Shown here one piece after another: positions 39,201-49,754 of a stretch of 64,000 nucleotides of DNA. Made by a program: the position numbers and the translations under genes. The notes under the pieces were generated by a model. That model searched no databases. It worked only from the letters and a program-made list of their open reading frames with translations, and was not told the DNA's origin. Positions within the stretch are counted from its first letter, which is position 1, and every line of letters begins with the position of its first letter. Source of the DNA: Raja brachyura. Taxonomy: Eukaryota. Location of the stretch: the NCBI GenBank assembly GCA_963514005.1, contig OY740814.1, positions 28,644,001-28,708,000 of the forward strand. The letters run 5' to 3'.

Positions 39201-40855
39201 GGCTTGGACTCCAAGAACCCTTTGCATTTTCAATGCTGTTACGGATCTTGCCATTAAATTCCCCTTGCTTTCGACTTTGCAAGTTCAACATCTCACACTT
39301 GCTGATGAAAATTCCAACATCACAGCCTGAAATGTCCTCTTTCACCAGAGAACCAGAGATGACTCTTGATTGTTTATAAAGTATATTGAAACATCCTGAG
39401 CTATTGCAAAGTAGATTACGAACTTGAGTCCCACTTTGCTGTGTACATTACTGGAGCAATGTGTGATTAGCAACATGTATCACAGCTGGTAACATAGCTG
39501 CATATAGTGCTCATGTTTTACTGATGATAATGGAAGAAGTATCAGCATTGTGATGGGATTGGACTGGACGGCAATGCCAGGGTTTAACCATCAAACACTG
39601 TGATACTGAGCTGTGGTTTGTGTTCATTGGACAGAAGCACAGTTTGTGTTACTTCCTACAGCCTGAATATCAGTTGTCGACTGATTATACAGAACACTTA
39701 CCAGAAACACGGAGCCGTGTTACAGGAAAGAAGCTGTAACTATCTTTGTCGTTGAATTTAATTCTAAAATGATAAGGACCTTCATCTTCCTGTGTGATGT
39801 TGTCTATAGCCAGGGAACAGTGGCCGTCTCTCAGGTCTCCAGACAGCCGGGTCCGATTGTGAAACTTTGGTGATTCTCTACTGCGATCCCCGGAGTAGAA
39901 AGCGATAGGCCGAGCGTTCCAGTTCTCATCGTTAATCCAGATTCCAACCGGTGTTATTTTGTTCAGATGCGACGGGTAACTGTAATGGCACGGAATCCGG
40001 GCACACAGACCCCTCTGTGCTGTCACCTCTAATGGAGCGTTGATTGTCCACTCCATTGACACTGCTGCTGAGGAGAGAAGGAACAACATTAGGCACTGGA
40101 GGGCTTGTGGATCTTCCAGACTCCATTGTGTAGGAATCACATCCTGGGCATTGTGGGATGACAAAGTGTGTGAATGCCTTCTCGTGCTTTTCTGCCTCTG
40201 AAAACATGAACTGCACATGAACTGACTCTCTTACTGAGGGTCAGCAGCTGCAACTCGCATGCATTGACCCAGGGGAAGACCTCAAGGTCTCTCTGGCAGC
40301 CTGTGAGAACAGTGGTGGGTGGAGTGCAGTGACAGACACAACTAGCACCAGGTGAAAGCAGGTTGTTCATACTAGAGAAGGGTCTCGACCCGAAACGTCG
40401 CCTATCTCCTTCGCTCCTTAGATGCTGCTGCACCCGCTGAGTTTCTCCAGCTTTTTGTGTAACCCTTGTTCATATTAGAGGCAGGTTTTAGACCCACTCC
40501 CATTGTAGGGAGTCTCAAACTAAAGGTCACAGGTTTAAGGTGAGATGGGAAAGATTTAAAGGGGACCCGAGGGACAGGTTTTTCACAAAAAGGTTTAGGG
40601 TATATATGATGAGCTGCTAGAGGAAGTGGTTGAGGCCGGTACAATAACAACATTTAAAAGACATTTGGACAGGCACATGGGTAGGAAGGGAGCAAATGGG
40701 CGAAGCTCAGGGGTACAGAGAGAGTGAGGGTTGTGGCAGTGATGGAGGTTATTCCCCATCATGAGAATGTACAGACAGTCGGCCATAAACACATACAAGC
40801 TGTTGCTGACGGTACCTTGGAGAAGTGACAGGAAGAAGTACGATTTCCCCATCAT
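27207..40855 (-). CDS. Siglec / MAG / CD33-like Ig-superfamily receptor, 7 coding exons, about 443 aa: 40855-40816, 40067-39702, 32275-31982, 31388-31107, 29232-29109, 28545-28425, 27311-27207
   Basis: All introns are GT-AG with pyrimidine tracts and compatible phases (1,1,1,1,2,0); total 1332 nt. Signal [17 protein letters not shown]; V-set with [17 protein letters not shown]; two C2-set domains; TM; tail with IYANC and SIYANV. Confidence 0.9.
27401..27705 (+). mobile_element. tRNA-derived V-SINE (HE1-like)
   Basis: A box TGGCATAGCGG, B box GGTTCAATCC, V-domain TTCTCCCCGTGAC..TTCTCC..GCTCCGGTTTCCTCC, CR1-like 3' end and (TAAAC)n tail. Confidence 0.8.
27975..28287 (-). mobile_element. tRNA-derived V-SINE (HE1-like)
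   Basis: Reverse complement GGTGGCGCAGCGGTAGAG..GGTTCGATCC, same body as the 27401 copy. Confidence 0.8.
29109..29232 (-). CDS. Siglec-like exon: transmembrane segment
   Basis: [24 protein letters not shown] followed by KSRWR; phase 1 in, phase 2 out. Confidence 0.88.
29790..31030 (-). mobile_element. Decayed CR1 fragments in Siglec intron
   Basis: ORFs 30349 and 30615 give CR1 RT pieces ([22 protein letters not shown]). Confidence 0.75.
31107..31388 (-). CDS. Siglec-like exon: C2-set domain 2
   Basis: YSPQNLSI..EG....ILC.VQSFP...[15 protein letters not shown]; TTTTAG acceptor, C|GTGAGT donor. Confidence 0.92.
31545..31830. repeat. About 33-bp minisatellite (CAGTGCTGAGGGAGTGCCGCACTGTGGGAGGGG-like), about 8 degenerate units
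   Basis: Recurrent CAGT(A/G)(C/T)TGAGGGAG every 32-33 bp. Confidence 0.8.
31982..32275 (-). CDS. Siglec-like exon: C2-set domain 1
   Basis: [25 protein letters not shown]; ATTAG acceptor, T|GTAAG donor. Confidence 0.92.
32800..34560 (-). mobile_element. Decayed Rex1/Babar- or L2-like LINE fragment (host of a CR1 insertion)
   Basis: [42 protein letters not shown] peptide remnants. Confidence 0.6.
33149..34372 (+). mobile_element. CR1 3' 1.2 kb, near-identical to the 2246-5617 copy
   Basis: Same peptide ([28 protein letters not shown]), (TTATTG)n tail, candidate TSD TAAACTC at 33142-33148 and 34373-34379. Confidence 0.92.
35504..36342 (+). mobile_element. Non-autonomous Helitron
   Basis: A|TC start (TCTCTATAATTATAAAA), CTAG|T end, subterminal GGGACCCAACGGTTCTC imperfect hairpin. 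Removal rejoins a CR1 sequence (GCCCTGCACA|TCTCTGTTAAACTTTGCCC). Confidence 0.8.
36510..39170 (+). mobile_element. Penelope-like element (PLE), RT region, 3'-truncated before GIY-YIG; left boundary approximate
   Basis: ORF 37274-39022: [31 protein letters not shown]...[37 protein letters not shown]-rich sense strand. Confidence 0.9.
39702..40067 (-). CDS. Siglec-like exon: V-set sialic-acid-binding domain
   Basis: Acceptor CTTCTCTCCTCAG, donor G|GTAAG. Siglec-type Cys pattern and F-strand Arg (DEGPYHFRI). Confidence 0.92.
40378..40465 (+). mobile_element. 88-bp PLE-derived mini-insert, 5'-truncated inside the hammerhead core
   Basis: AAGGGTCTCGACCCGAAACGTC... flanked by TTGTTCATA(C/T)TAGAG (40363-40377, 40466-40480). 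Confidence 0.85.
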
Positions 40856-41474
40856 TGTCCAATCCCACATATCCCGTCAGTTTCGCACTCTCCAGGTCTG
40901 GAAAAGAGAATAGTTAATGATAACTCTCCACCTGCCCGGCAGCTCTCAAGAGATTCCAACTGCTGCTGGACAGTGGGACTGATCTTCCCCTGACCCAAAA
41001 CTGCTGCTGTCTGCGCTTGGACCCCACTGTCCCTCCAGATTTGTCCCAGGTCCAGTCTCCCTCTGCAAGCCGGCTCCCAGCGCAGTGTCCTGGGTCAGGC
41101 CAGGGCCTCTCCCAGTTTTCTGTACATTCTATCCTGGAAATTGACAGATTCTTGATTAGTACGGGTGTCTGGGGTTATGGGGAGAAGGCAGGAGAATGGG
41201 GTTGAAAGGGAAAGATAGATCAGCTATGATTGAATGGTGGAGTAGGCTCGATGGGCCAAATTGCCCATTTGCTCCTGTGACTTATGAACTTATTTTCAGT
41301 GACCGCTGCACTTACAGAATGGCTTTGGCAGCCGTCCCCAGACCCACCCATTGACAGAGTTGTCCCCCACTGCTCAGACCCTGGAAACAAGGCATGAATA
41401 ACGAGTTTAGAAATTATCACAGAGATACAGGACACAGCACGAGCTGGAATCTTGGGTTAAAACAACAAAGTGAC

Positions 41475-41727
41475 AAAGAGAGTGGTGAGTCTCTGGAATT
41501 CTCTGCCACAGAAGGTAGTTGAGGCCAGTTCATTGGCTATATTTAAGAGGGCGTTAGATGTGGCACTTGTGGCTAAAGGGATCAGGGGGTATGGAGAGAA
41601 GGCAGGTACGGGATACTGAGTTGGATGATCAGCCATGATCACATTGAATGGCGGTGCAGGCTCGAAGGGCCGAATGGCCTACTCCTGCACCTATTTTCTA
41701 TGTTTCTATGTTTCTATGTTTCTATGT
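41475..41727 (+). mobile_element. CR1 3' end
   Basis: Near-identical to 20830-21067; (TTCTATGT)x4 tail. Confidence 0.9.
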
Positions 41728-44144
41728 AAAGTGCTGGAAGAACTCAGTGGGTCAGGCAGCATTTGTGGAGGGAGTAGAAAGATGACGGTTCTGGTCGGGT
41801 CCCGGCAAGCAGCACAATGGGAGGATCCCAGCAAGGAAGCCCGGCTCACCACCACGACATTGGAGGAGACGCCCACCGTGGACTGAGCTCCTGCTCACCG
41901 CAGTCAGAGGACTGAGAATCACCCGCCGCAGACCAAGGATGGAGGACCCACCGGTAGACCTGGCTCTCCACCGAACTTGGTCCTGAACCACCAGTGTCGA
42001 TGGAACCCGCGTCACCAAGAGTGAGGAGGGAACTTAGAGCGAGGTGGACCGTCGAGAACAAAGGGGGTCCCCAGCGGAGGGGCTCCAATAATCAATGGGT
42101 TCTGGTAAACCTTGTCCTCGCCCTTTCCAAAGCCTGTACATCCTTCTCACACTGGGGGCAATTATTCCTCCAAATGCGGCCTAACCAAAGTCATATAAAG
42201 CTGTATCATAACTTTCTGACACTTATACTCCATACCCCGAACAATGAAGGCAAGCCTTATTCACCACTCTATCTTGTGTTGTTACTTACAGGTTGTGGAC
42301 TTGTATCCCATGATTCCTCCGTACATCAATACAGTTAAATGTCTTTCCATTCATTGTATATTTTCCCCGTGCATTTGACCTCACAAAGTGCAACACCTCA
42401 CATTTCCTGGTATTAAAGTCCATCTGCCATTTTTCCACCCATTGTTGTCGCTGATCTGTATCTGTATAGTTTGACAGCCTTCCTCAAAGTTTGCAACTCC
42501 AGCAATCTTGGTGGTGTCTGCAAATTTGCTAACCAACCCATCTACATTTACATTTGACTTGCTTATATATATATATATTGATATATATATATATATATAT
42601 GTATATCAGAAACAACAGATGTCCCAGCACAGATCCTTGTGGAACTACACTGGTCACAGACCTCCAATTAGAATAATACCCTTCCACCACAAACCTCTGT
42701 CTTCTATGAGTAAGTCAGTTATAAATCTAAACATGTGTAGGAAGGAACTGCAGGTGCTGGTTTAAACTGGAGATAGACACAAAATGCTGGAGTAACTCAG
42801 GCTAGACGATGTTTCGGATCGAGACCCTTCTTCAGACTCGATCACCAGACTAGTCTCAAAACGGGTCTCAACCTCAAACGTCACCCATTCTTTCTCTCCA
42901 GAGATGCTGCCTGTCTCGCTGAGTTACTCCAGCATTTTGTGTCCACCTTCATTCACCATGGATCCTGTGCTTCTTAATCTTTTGGAGCAGCCCAGATGAG
43001 GAGTGAAATGTGAAGCTGGAGCGAGGGATATGGGTGGAAAGGACAGGGGATAGGGGAAAGAAGGGGGATAAAGGGGAAATATTGGACTGAGGGATGGGAT
43101 ATGAGCAAAGGGAGGAGGGGACAGAAGCAGAGTGAGCGGGGTGATGGGAGATGGTGTAGAAATATGTGCACAGCAGGATTATTTGGGGGCTGAGGAAAAG
43201 AGGAGCGGGGCAGGATGTATTACTTGCAACTGGAGAATTCAGTATTCTTACCGTTGTGCTGTACCTGTTGTCAAGTCCCTCGTTCCTTTCTGAACAAGGA
43301 CAGTGTTGTTCACAATGTCCAGTCCTCACCCAGGAAGGTGTGGGGTTGATCAGGATCACAGGCAACCAGCTTCTCCCTTCAGCTGCGGCCGATGAGGCTG
43401 AGACACTTGAGGGGACTGACTGAGTGTCCAGGGGAAGCGGGACACGAGTCATGAGTCTGTGGGTCGTGAGTCTTGGTGTGGTGCAGGAAATGGATGAGGT
43501 GGCTTTGAGCTTGAGGTTACTTTTTCTTTATTTAGAACAGAAGCTGCCAATTTGTCAAAAAGCCATGAACTTTTTGTTTCACAGATCACTTCTGTCTGAG
43601 CAGAGCACGCAAACACGCTGTGACTATCAAAGAGGTTGACAAAGATAAATTGCAAAGCTTCAAGAAGACAGAAAGGGATAGGGATAGGTAGAGCTTAAAA
43701 TGTTTAATGTCCTCTTCATGCATTATCATAATTCAGTGCTTTAAAGAAGGTTGAAACTGAGCATGCGGAGCCGACACTCACTGCAGGTTACTTTAGTCAG
43801 ATTCTGTTCTCTGTTGTCAAAGGACAAATGACAATCGCAAAACAATATAATAAGGTGGAAAGGGTAACAGGACATTTGCTCATCTGTAATGGTGTGGAAT
43901 TGGGCTGTGTTTACGCTGCTGTGTCTTTTGGAGGTGTACGATGTATATTTGTTATAAGACCATTTGGAAGAAGGAAAACTTCTAAAGTGCTTGCTGTGAT
44001 AAACACAAGATCAAAAGGGAAGTCTGTATATAAGGAGCAGATTAATCTTTGTTTGTTGAGCAATCTCCTAGATGGAACCCAGTCATTATTGTATTTGATG
44101 CTCTTGAATAAAGTCTTGATTGTCTTGCCCAATTGTTGTGTGGA

Positions 44145-45700
44145 CAATAGACAATAGGTGCAGGAGTAGGCCATTCAGCCCTTCGAGCCAGCACCTCCAT
44201 TCAATGTGATCATGGCTAATCATCCCCAATCAGTACCCTTCCTGCCTTCTCCCCATATCCCCTGACTCCATAATTTTTCAGAGCCCTATCCAGTTCTCTC
44301 TTGAAAATATCCAGAGAACCGGCCTCCACGGCCCTCCGAGGCAGAGTAGTCCACAGACTCATAACTCTGTGAGAAAAAGTGTTTCGTCATCTCAGTTCTA
44401 AATGGTTTACCCCTTATTCTTAAACTGTGGTCCCTTGTTCTGGTCTCCCTCAAAATCGGGACCATGTTTCCTGCCTCTGGCGTGTCCAAACCCTTAATAA
44501 TCTTATATATTTCAATAAGATCTCCTTTCATCCTTCTAAACTCCAGAGTATACAAGCCAGCAGCTCCATTCTCTCAGCATATGACAGTCCCGCCATCCCG
44601 GGAATTAACCTTGTAAACCTATGCTGCACTCCCTCAATAGCAAGAATGTCCTTCCTCAAATTAGAGGACCAAAACTGCACACAATACTCCAGGTGTGGTC
44701 TCACTAGGGCCCTATACAAATGCAGAAGGACCTCTTTGCTCCTATACTCATCTCCTCTTGCTATAAAGTCTAACCTGCATTCGCTTTCTTCACTGCCTGC
44801 TCTACCTGCATTCTTACTATCATTGACTGATGAACAAGGACCCCCAGATCCCTTTGTACTTCCCCTTTTCCCAACTTGACACCTTGTACATAGTAATCTG
44901 CCTTCCTGTTTTTGCTACCAAACTGGATATCGGCACATTTATCCACAATAAACTGCATCTGCCATGCATCTGCCCATTCACCCAACCAGTCCAAGTTACA
45001 TTGCATTCTCAGAGCACCCACCTCACAGTTCACACTGCCACCCAGCTTTGTGTCATCTGCAAATTTGCTAATGTTACATTGAACATCTTCATCTAAATCA
45101 TTGATACATATTGTAAATAGTTGTGGTCCCAGCACCGAGCCTTGCGGTACCCCACAAGTCACTGCCTGCCATTCTGAAAGGGACCCGTTAATCCCTACTC
45201 TTTGTTTCCTGTCTGCCAACCAATTTTCTATCCATGTCAGCACTCTACCCCAATACCATGTGCCCTAATTTTGCCCACTAATCTCCTATGTGGGACCTTA
45301 TCAAATGCTTTCTGAAAGTCCAGGTACTCTACATCCACTGGCTCTCCCTTGACCATTTTCCAAGTTACATCCTCAAAAAAGTCCAGAAGTTTAGTTAAGC
45401 ATGATTTCCCCTTCATAAATCCATGCTGACTTGGACCGATTCTGTTACTACTATCCAAATGTGCCGCTACGTCATCTTTTATAATTGACTCCAGCATCTT
45501 CCCGACCACAGATGTCAGGCTAAGTGGTCTATAATTCCCTGTTTTCTCTCTCCTGCTTTTCTTAAAAAGTGGGATAACATTAGCTACCCTCCAATCCACA
45601 GGAACTCATCCTGAATTTCTAGAACATTAGAAAATGATCACCAATGCATCCATGATTTCGAGAGCCTCTTCAGTACCCTGGGATGAAGACCATCAGGCCT
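44145..45700 (-). mobile_element. CR1 LINE RT-3' region, decayed
   Basis: ORFs 45237, 44770, 44528, 44286. Confidence 0.9.
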
Positions 45701-45884
45701 GCTTGTGTTGTGTATTAAAGTTGTCTTTAACAGGGTACAGAGTCCATCCAGGGTGGCTCCCTGCTCCTGATGGGCAATAATTGCTGGCATCACCGACACC
45801 ATCCAGACCTTAATCATTCCAGATATTGTCATCTGTGATAAGCAGCATCTCACAGTCAGAACCCTGCAGAGAACCACAGTCCAT

Positions 45885-47145
45885 GCTTGATCTCACAGTC
45901 ACCATCACAGGAAATAGACTATTGACTGACATTTATTACAAACCCACTGACTCCCACAACTATCTTGACTACACTTCTTACCTCCCTGCTTCCTGCAAAG
46001 ACTCTATCACCTACACCCAATTCCTCCACCTATGACACATCTGTGCCAAAGATGAGGTGTTCCATACTAGGACATCTAAGATGTCCTCATTCTTTAGATA
46101 ATGGGGCTTCCCCTCTCCCATCATAGATGTGGCCCTCACTCATGTCTCGTCAGTACCCCGCAGCTCCAACCTTGCTCCCCCTCCCCCTGGTCACACCAGA
46201 GACAGTCCCCCCCAGTCCTTAACGTCCACCCCATCAGCCGTCACATACAACACATAATCTTCCGAAATTTCCCCCACCTCCAACGGGATCCCACCACTAG
46301 CCACATATTCCCATCTCCACCCCTTTCCGCCTTCTGCAGACACTGTTTCCTCCACAACTCCCTGGTTAACTCCTCCCTTCCCACCCAAACCACTCCCTGT
46401 CCAGGTACACAAAAAACTGGAGAAACTCAGCGGGTGCAGCAGCATCTAAGGAGCGAAGGAGATAGGCGACGTTTCGGGTCGAGACCCTTCTTCAGCGATA
46501 TCCCCTGTCCAGGTACCTTTCTCTGCAGCTGCTGAAGATGAAATACCTGTCGCTATACCTCCTCCCTCAACTCCATCCAGGGACCTCAACAGTCCTTTCA
46601 GGTTAGGCAGAGGTTCATTTGCACCTCCTCCAACCTCATCTACTGTATCCATTGTTGAAGATGTGGATTCGTATACATCAGCAAGACAAAATGCAGACTG
46701 GGCAAATGTTTTGCGGAACACCTTCGCTCAGCCCACCTTAACCAACCTGTTCTCCCGGTTGCTGGACACTTGAATTTTCCTTCCCATTCCTACACAGACC
46801 TTTCTGTCCTAGGTCTCCTCCATTATCAGAGTGAGGCTCAATGCAAATTGGAGGAACAGCATCTCATATTGCACTTGGGCAACTTACAGCCTCGTGGTAT
46901 GATTATTTATTTATCTAATTTCCAGTAGCCCGGCATTCCCTTTCTTTCTATCCCACACCCACCAATGTCGCACTAACTTCTCATTTTCATCCGACAAACC
47001 ACTAACAATGGCCTCTTTCCTTTATCATAATTACTTTTTTGCATATCTTTCATTCAATGTTCTTTATATCTCTACATCGCCATCTATATCTCTCATTTCC
47101 CTTATCCCTATCCACCGAAGTACGGTCTCGAACCGAAACATTGTT
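45885..47145 (+). mobile_element. PLE 3' part with GIY-YIG endonuclease remnant and degenerate terminal hammerhead
   Basis: TDIYYKPTDSHNYLDY, then NLIYCIHC*RCGFVYISKTKCRLG..FAEHL. Ends in GAAGTACGGTCTCGAACCGAAAC near 47117-47139. Confidence 0.8.
46409..46502 (-). mobile_element. 94-bp hammerhead-bearing mini-insert
   Basis: Reverse complement CTGAAGAAGGGTCTCGACCCGAAACGTC. Perfect 14-bp TSD CCCTGTCCAGGTAC at 46395-46408 and 46503-46516. Confidence 0.88.
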
Positions 47146-48464
47146 ATGGTTCTTTTCACTTCAAACAGACAAAAATGCAATAAAATTAGTAATAAAGTAG
47201 TAAAATCTTTATTTCATTAGGCGGGAGTGGCAGCAAACTCTTTCTGTATGTAATATACAGACTATAGGTTCACTCTATCCCCACACAAAGGGGTAATGTT
47301 CAATCAGATATATTTATACCCCAATAATCAGCGATTCAGCAATACTTTCTCACAGAGCATTGTACAAACTCTTGCTTGTTCTTGATAGGTTGACAGGTTC
47401 TTCCGAGAATTGACAGGTTCTTCCGAGAAAGGAAGGGTGAACCCATATATGGTCATGATGAGAAGGCTATTTTTCTGCAGATCAAGCATTTTGTTTCTTT
47501 ACTTTATTGATGCATATTATAATCTTATTGATCATGGGTAGCAGCCAAGAGTCTGAACATCCCCTTGATTGTTTTGGTCCTTGTTATAAATATGAAGTAT
47601 TCAAGTATTGTCCTGTTATCCCGCTGGTGTTATGGAAGAATAGCGCAAACACCTTTGTTAACTTGTCCCGATGACAATAAACTTGATGATCAGAGAATGG
47701 GCATCCCGGGGAAAACTGTCCAATGGCTAGAATCAGATTTCACGTACAATAAGAGGGTTATCGTTGTTGATAGTTTAACAGCGCCTGGACATCATCGCAA
47801 GAGTCCCTTATATTTGAGGGTAATTTCATTCTCTCCTGAAATTGCTCATGTGTTTGTAGGTAGTCGTCATGAGGACTTTTGAGTAAATGAGAGAGAAAAT
47901 AGCTCCAGTCAAGAGTGTTTAATTGTCATATGTACCGGCAATGGAACAATGAAAAACTTACTTCCTGAATCTTTACAAGCCCATTAACACAAAACAAGTA
48001 GATAAATAAATAATAATCAATAATATAATCAATTGATAACTGTATTATAGGGGATTAGTGGGCAAAATTAGGGCACATGGTATTGGGGGTAGAGTGCTGA
48101 CATGGATAGAAAATGGGAAGATGCTGGAGTTAATTATAAAAGATGAAATAGCAGCACATTTGGATATCAGCAGCAGGATCAGTCTGAGTTAGCATGGATT
48201 TACTATGGGAAAATCATGGGGGTGGCAAACGTCCTGCAGCAGAGAGAGGGGAATGGCTTCAGGTGGGGGCTCTCGTGGTCTGATGAGGGAGGGGGTGTCC
48301 TGCAGCGGGGGATGAGGGTGGCTTCAGGAGGGGGAGCATCCTATAGCCAGGCGGAGGGCAGCATCTTGAGGTGGGGATGCGAGTGGGGGGGGGGGGGGGG
48401 GATGTGAGCGACCCACTCATGGCTTCTGAACTCACTGCCTTGGGACTAACTCATGGTCTCTGGA

Positions 48465-48606
48465 GGGGTGGAAGATTGCAACCTTCACTTGGTCTGCCCT
48501 GTTTCGACTAATGCAATCAACTCGACGTGCACAAACGGAAGATCAAATAGAACAAGTTGTCCAACAACTTTAGGCTGTGCACGCCACACAAAAGAAGAAG
48601 AAGAAG
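48465..48606 (+). mobile_element. 142-bp short retroposon with (GAA)n tail
   Basis: 12-bp direct repeat ATGGTCTCTGGA at 48453-48464 and 48607-48618. Its 5' part matches 60752-60826 (minus). Confidence 0.7.
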
Positions 48607-48911
48607 ATGGTCTCTGGACTGACTGACTCACTCATGGCCTCTGGACTGACAGACTGAATCACGGCTTGTGGACTGACTGACTTATGCCTGACTTCTGGAG
48701 TCACGTCCGACTTTTGTAAACTGAAAACTGTAACATCCACATTGAGGAACAGCCTCTTCCTGACAGCTATCAGGCTATTAAACATAACAAATAAGCTCTG
48801 AACTACAAAATACTGTATTATTTGTACTATTTGTTATTTGTTGATCTCACACACACACCCTCCACCTCACACAGTCACTCACACTCACACTCACACAGAC
48901 TCTCACACACA

Positions 48912-49078
48912 NNNNNNNNNNNNNNNNNNNNNNNNNNNNNNNNNNNNNNNNNNNNNNNNNNNNNNNNNNNNNNNNNNNNNNNNNNNNNNNNNNNNNNNNN
49001 NNNNNNNNNNNNNNNNNNNNNNNNNNNNNNNNNNNNNNNNNNNNNNNNNNNNNNNNNNNNNNNNNNNNNNNNNNNNNN
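48912..49078. other. Assembly gap (N run)
   Basis: Ns. Confidence 1.
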
Positions 49079-49269
49079 CTTTTACAGTCAGCGCCATCTT
49101 GCCACGAACCCGAAATGACGCAGTCAGTCCCATCTTGACGCTAACTGGAAATTATGGCATCGGCGCCATCTTGCCATAAGCGGAAGTCATGGAATGAGCG
49201 CCAACACAGGCTTGATCTAATAAAATGTTTATTTGTGCTTTATCCATCCGAAAACTGTTGCATCGATTT

Positions 49270-49735
49270 TAAAAACCAAGCCAAGGCAAACAATTGGGCA
49301 GCAGCCACTGACAACCAAAATTCATTTGTGAACACAAACTTTTTAAAAGGCGAGGCAAGCAATTGGGCAGCAGCCACCTGACAACCAAAATTTGTTTTGT
49401 GAACACAAACGTTTTAAAAGGCGAGGCAAACAATTGGGCAGCAGCCACCTGACAACCAACATTCATATTGTGAATACAAACTTATTAAACGGCGAGGCAA
49501 ACAATTGGGCAGCAGCCACCTGACAACCACAATTCATTTTGTGAACACAAACTTTAAAAAAAAGGCTAGGCAAACAATTGGGCAGCAGCCACCTGACAAC
49601 CAAAATTCATTTTGTGAACAAAACTTTAAAAAAAAGGCGAGACAAACAATTCGACAGCAGCCACCTGACAACCACAATTCATTTTGTGAACACAAACTTG
49701 AAAAAAAAGGCAAACAATTTTGCAGCAGCCACATT
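49270..49735. repeat. Tandem repeat, unit about 60-65 bp, 7-8 copies
   Basis: GGCAAACAATTGGGCAGCAGCCACCTGACAACCAAAATTCATTTTGTGAACACAAACTTTAAAA recurs. Confidence 0.92.
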
Positions 49736-49754
49736 GAGGGGACCGTGGAGTAGA

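Noticed and set aside
43245-43430. Possible non-coding first exon of the Siglec-like gene (minus-strand donors near 43252 and 43264)
   Set aside because: The signal-peptide exon has an acceptor at 40898, so an upstream exon is likely, but its position cannot be fixed without transcripts.
47145-47880. Possible LTR or unknown repeat with a 20-bp tandem duplication (47390-47429)
   Set aside because: No clear termini, TSD or coding remnant to support a call.
49270-49735. CRISPR-like periodicity
   Set aside because: The whole unit is repeated with no unique spacers, the context is eukaryotic and there are no cas genes.
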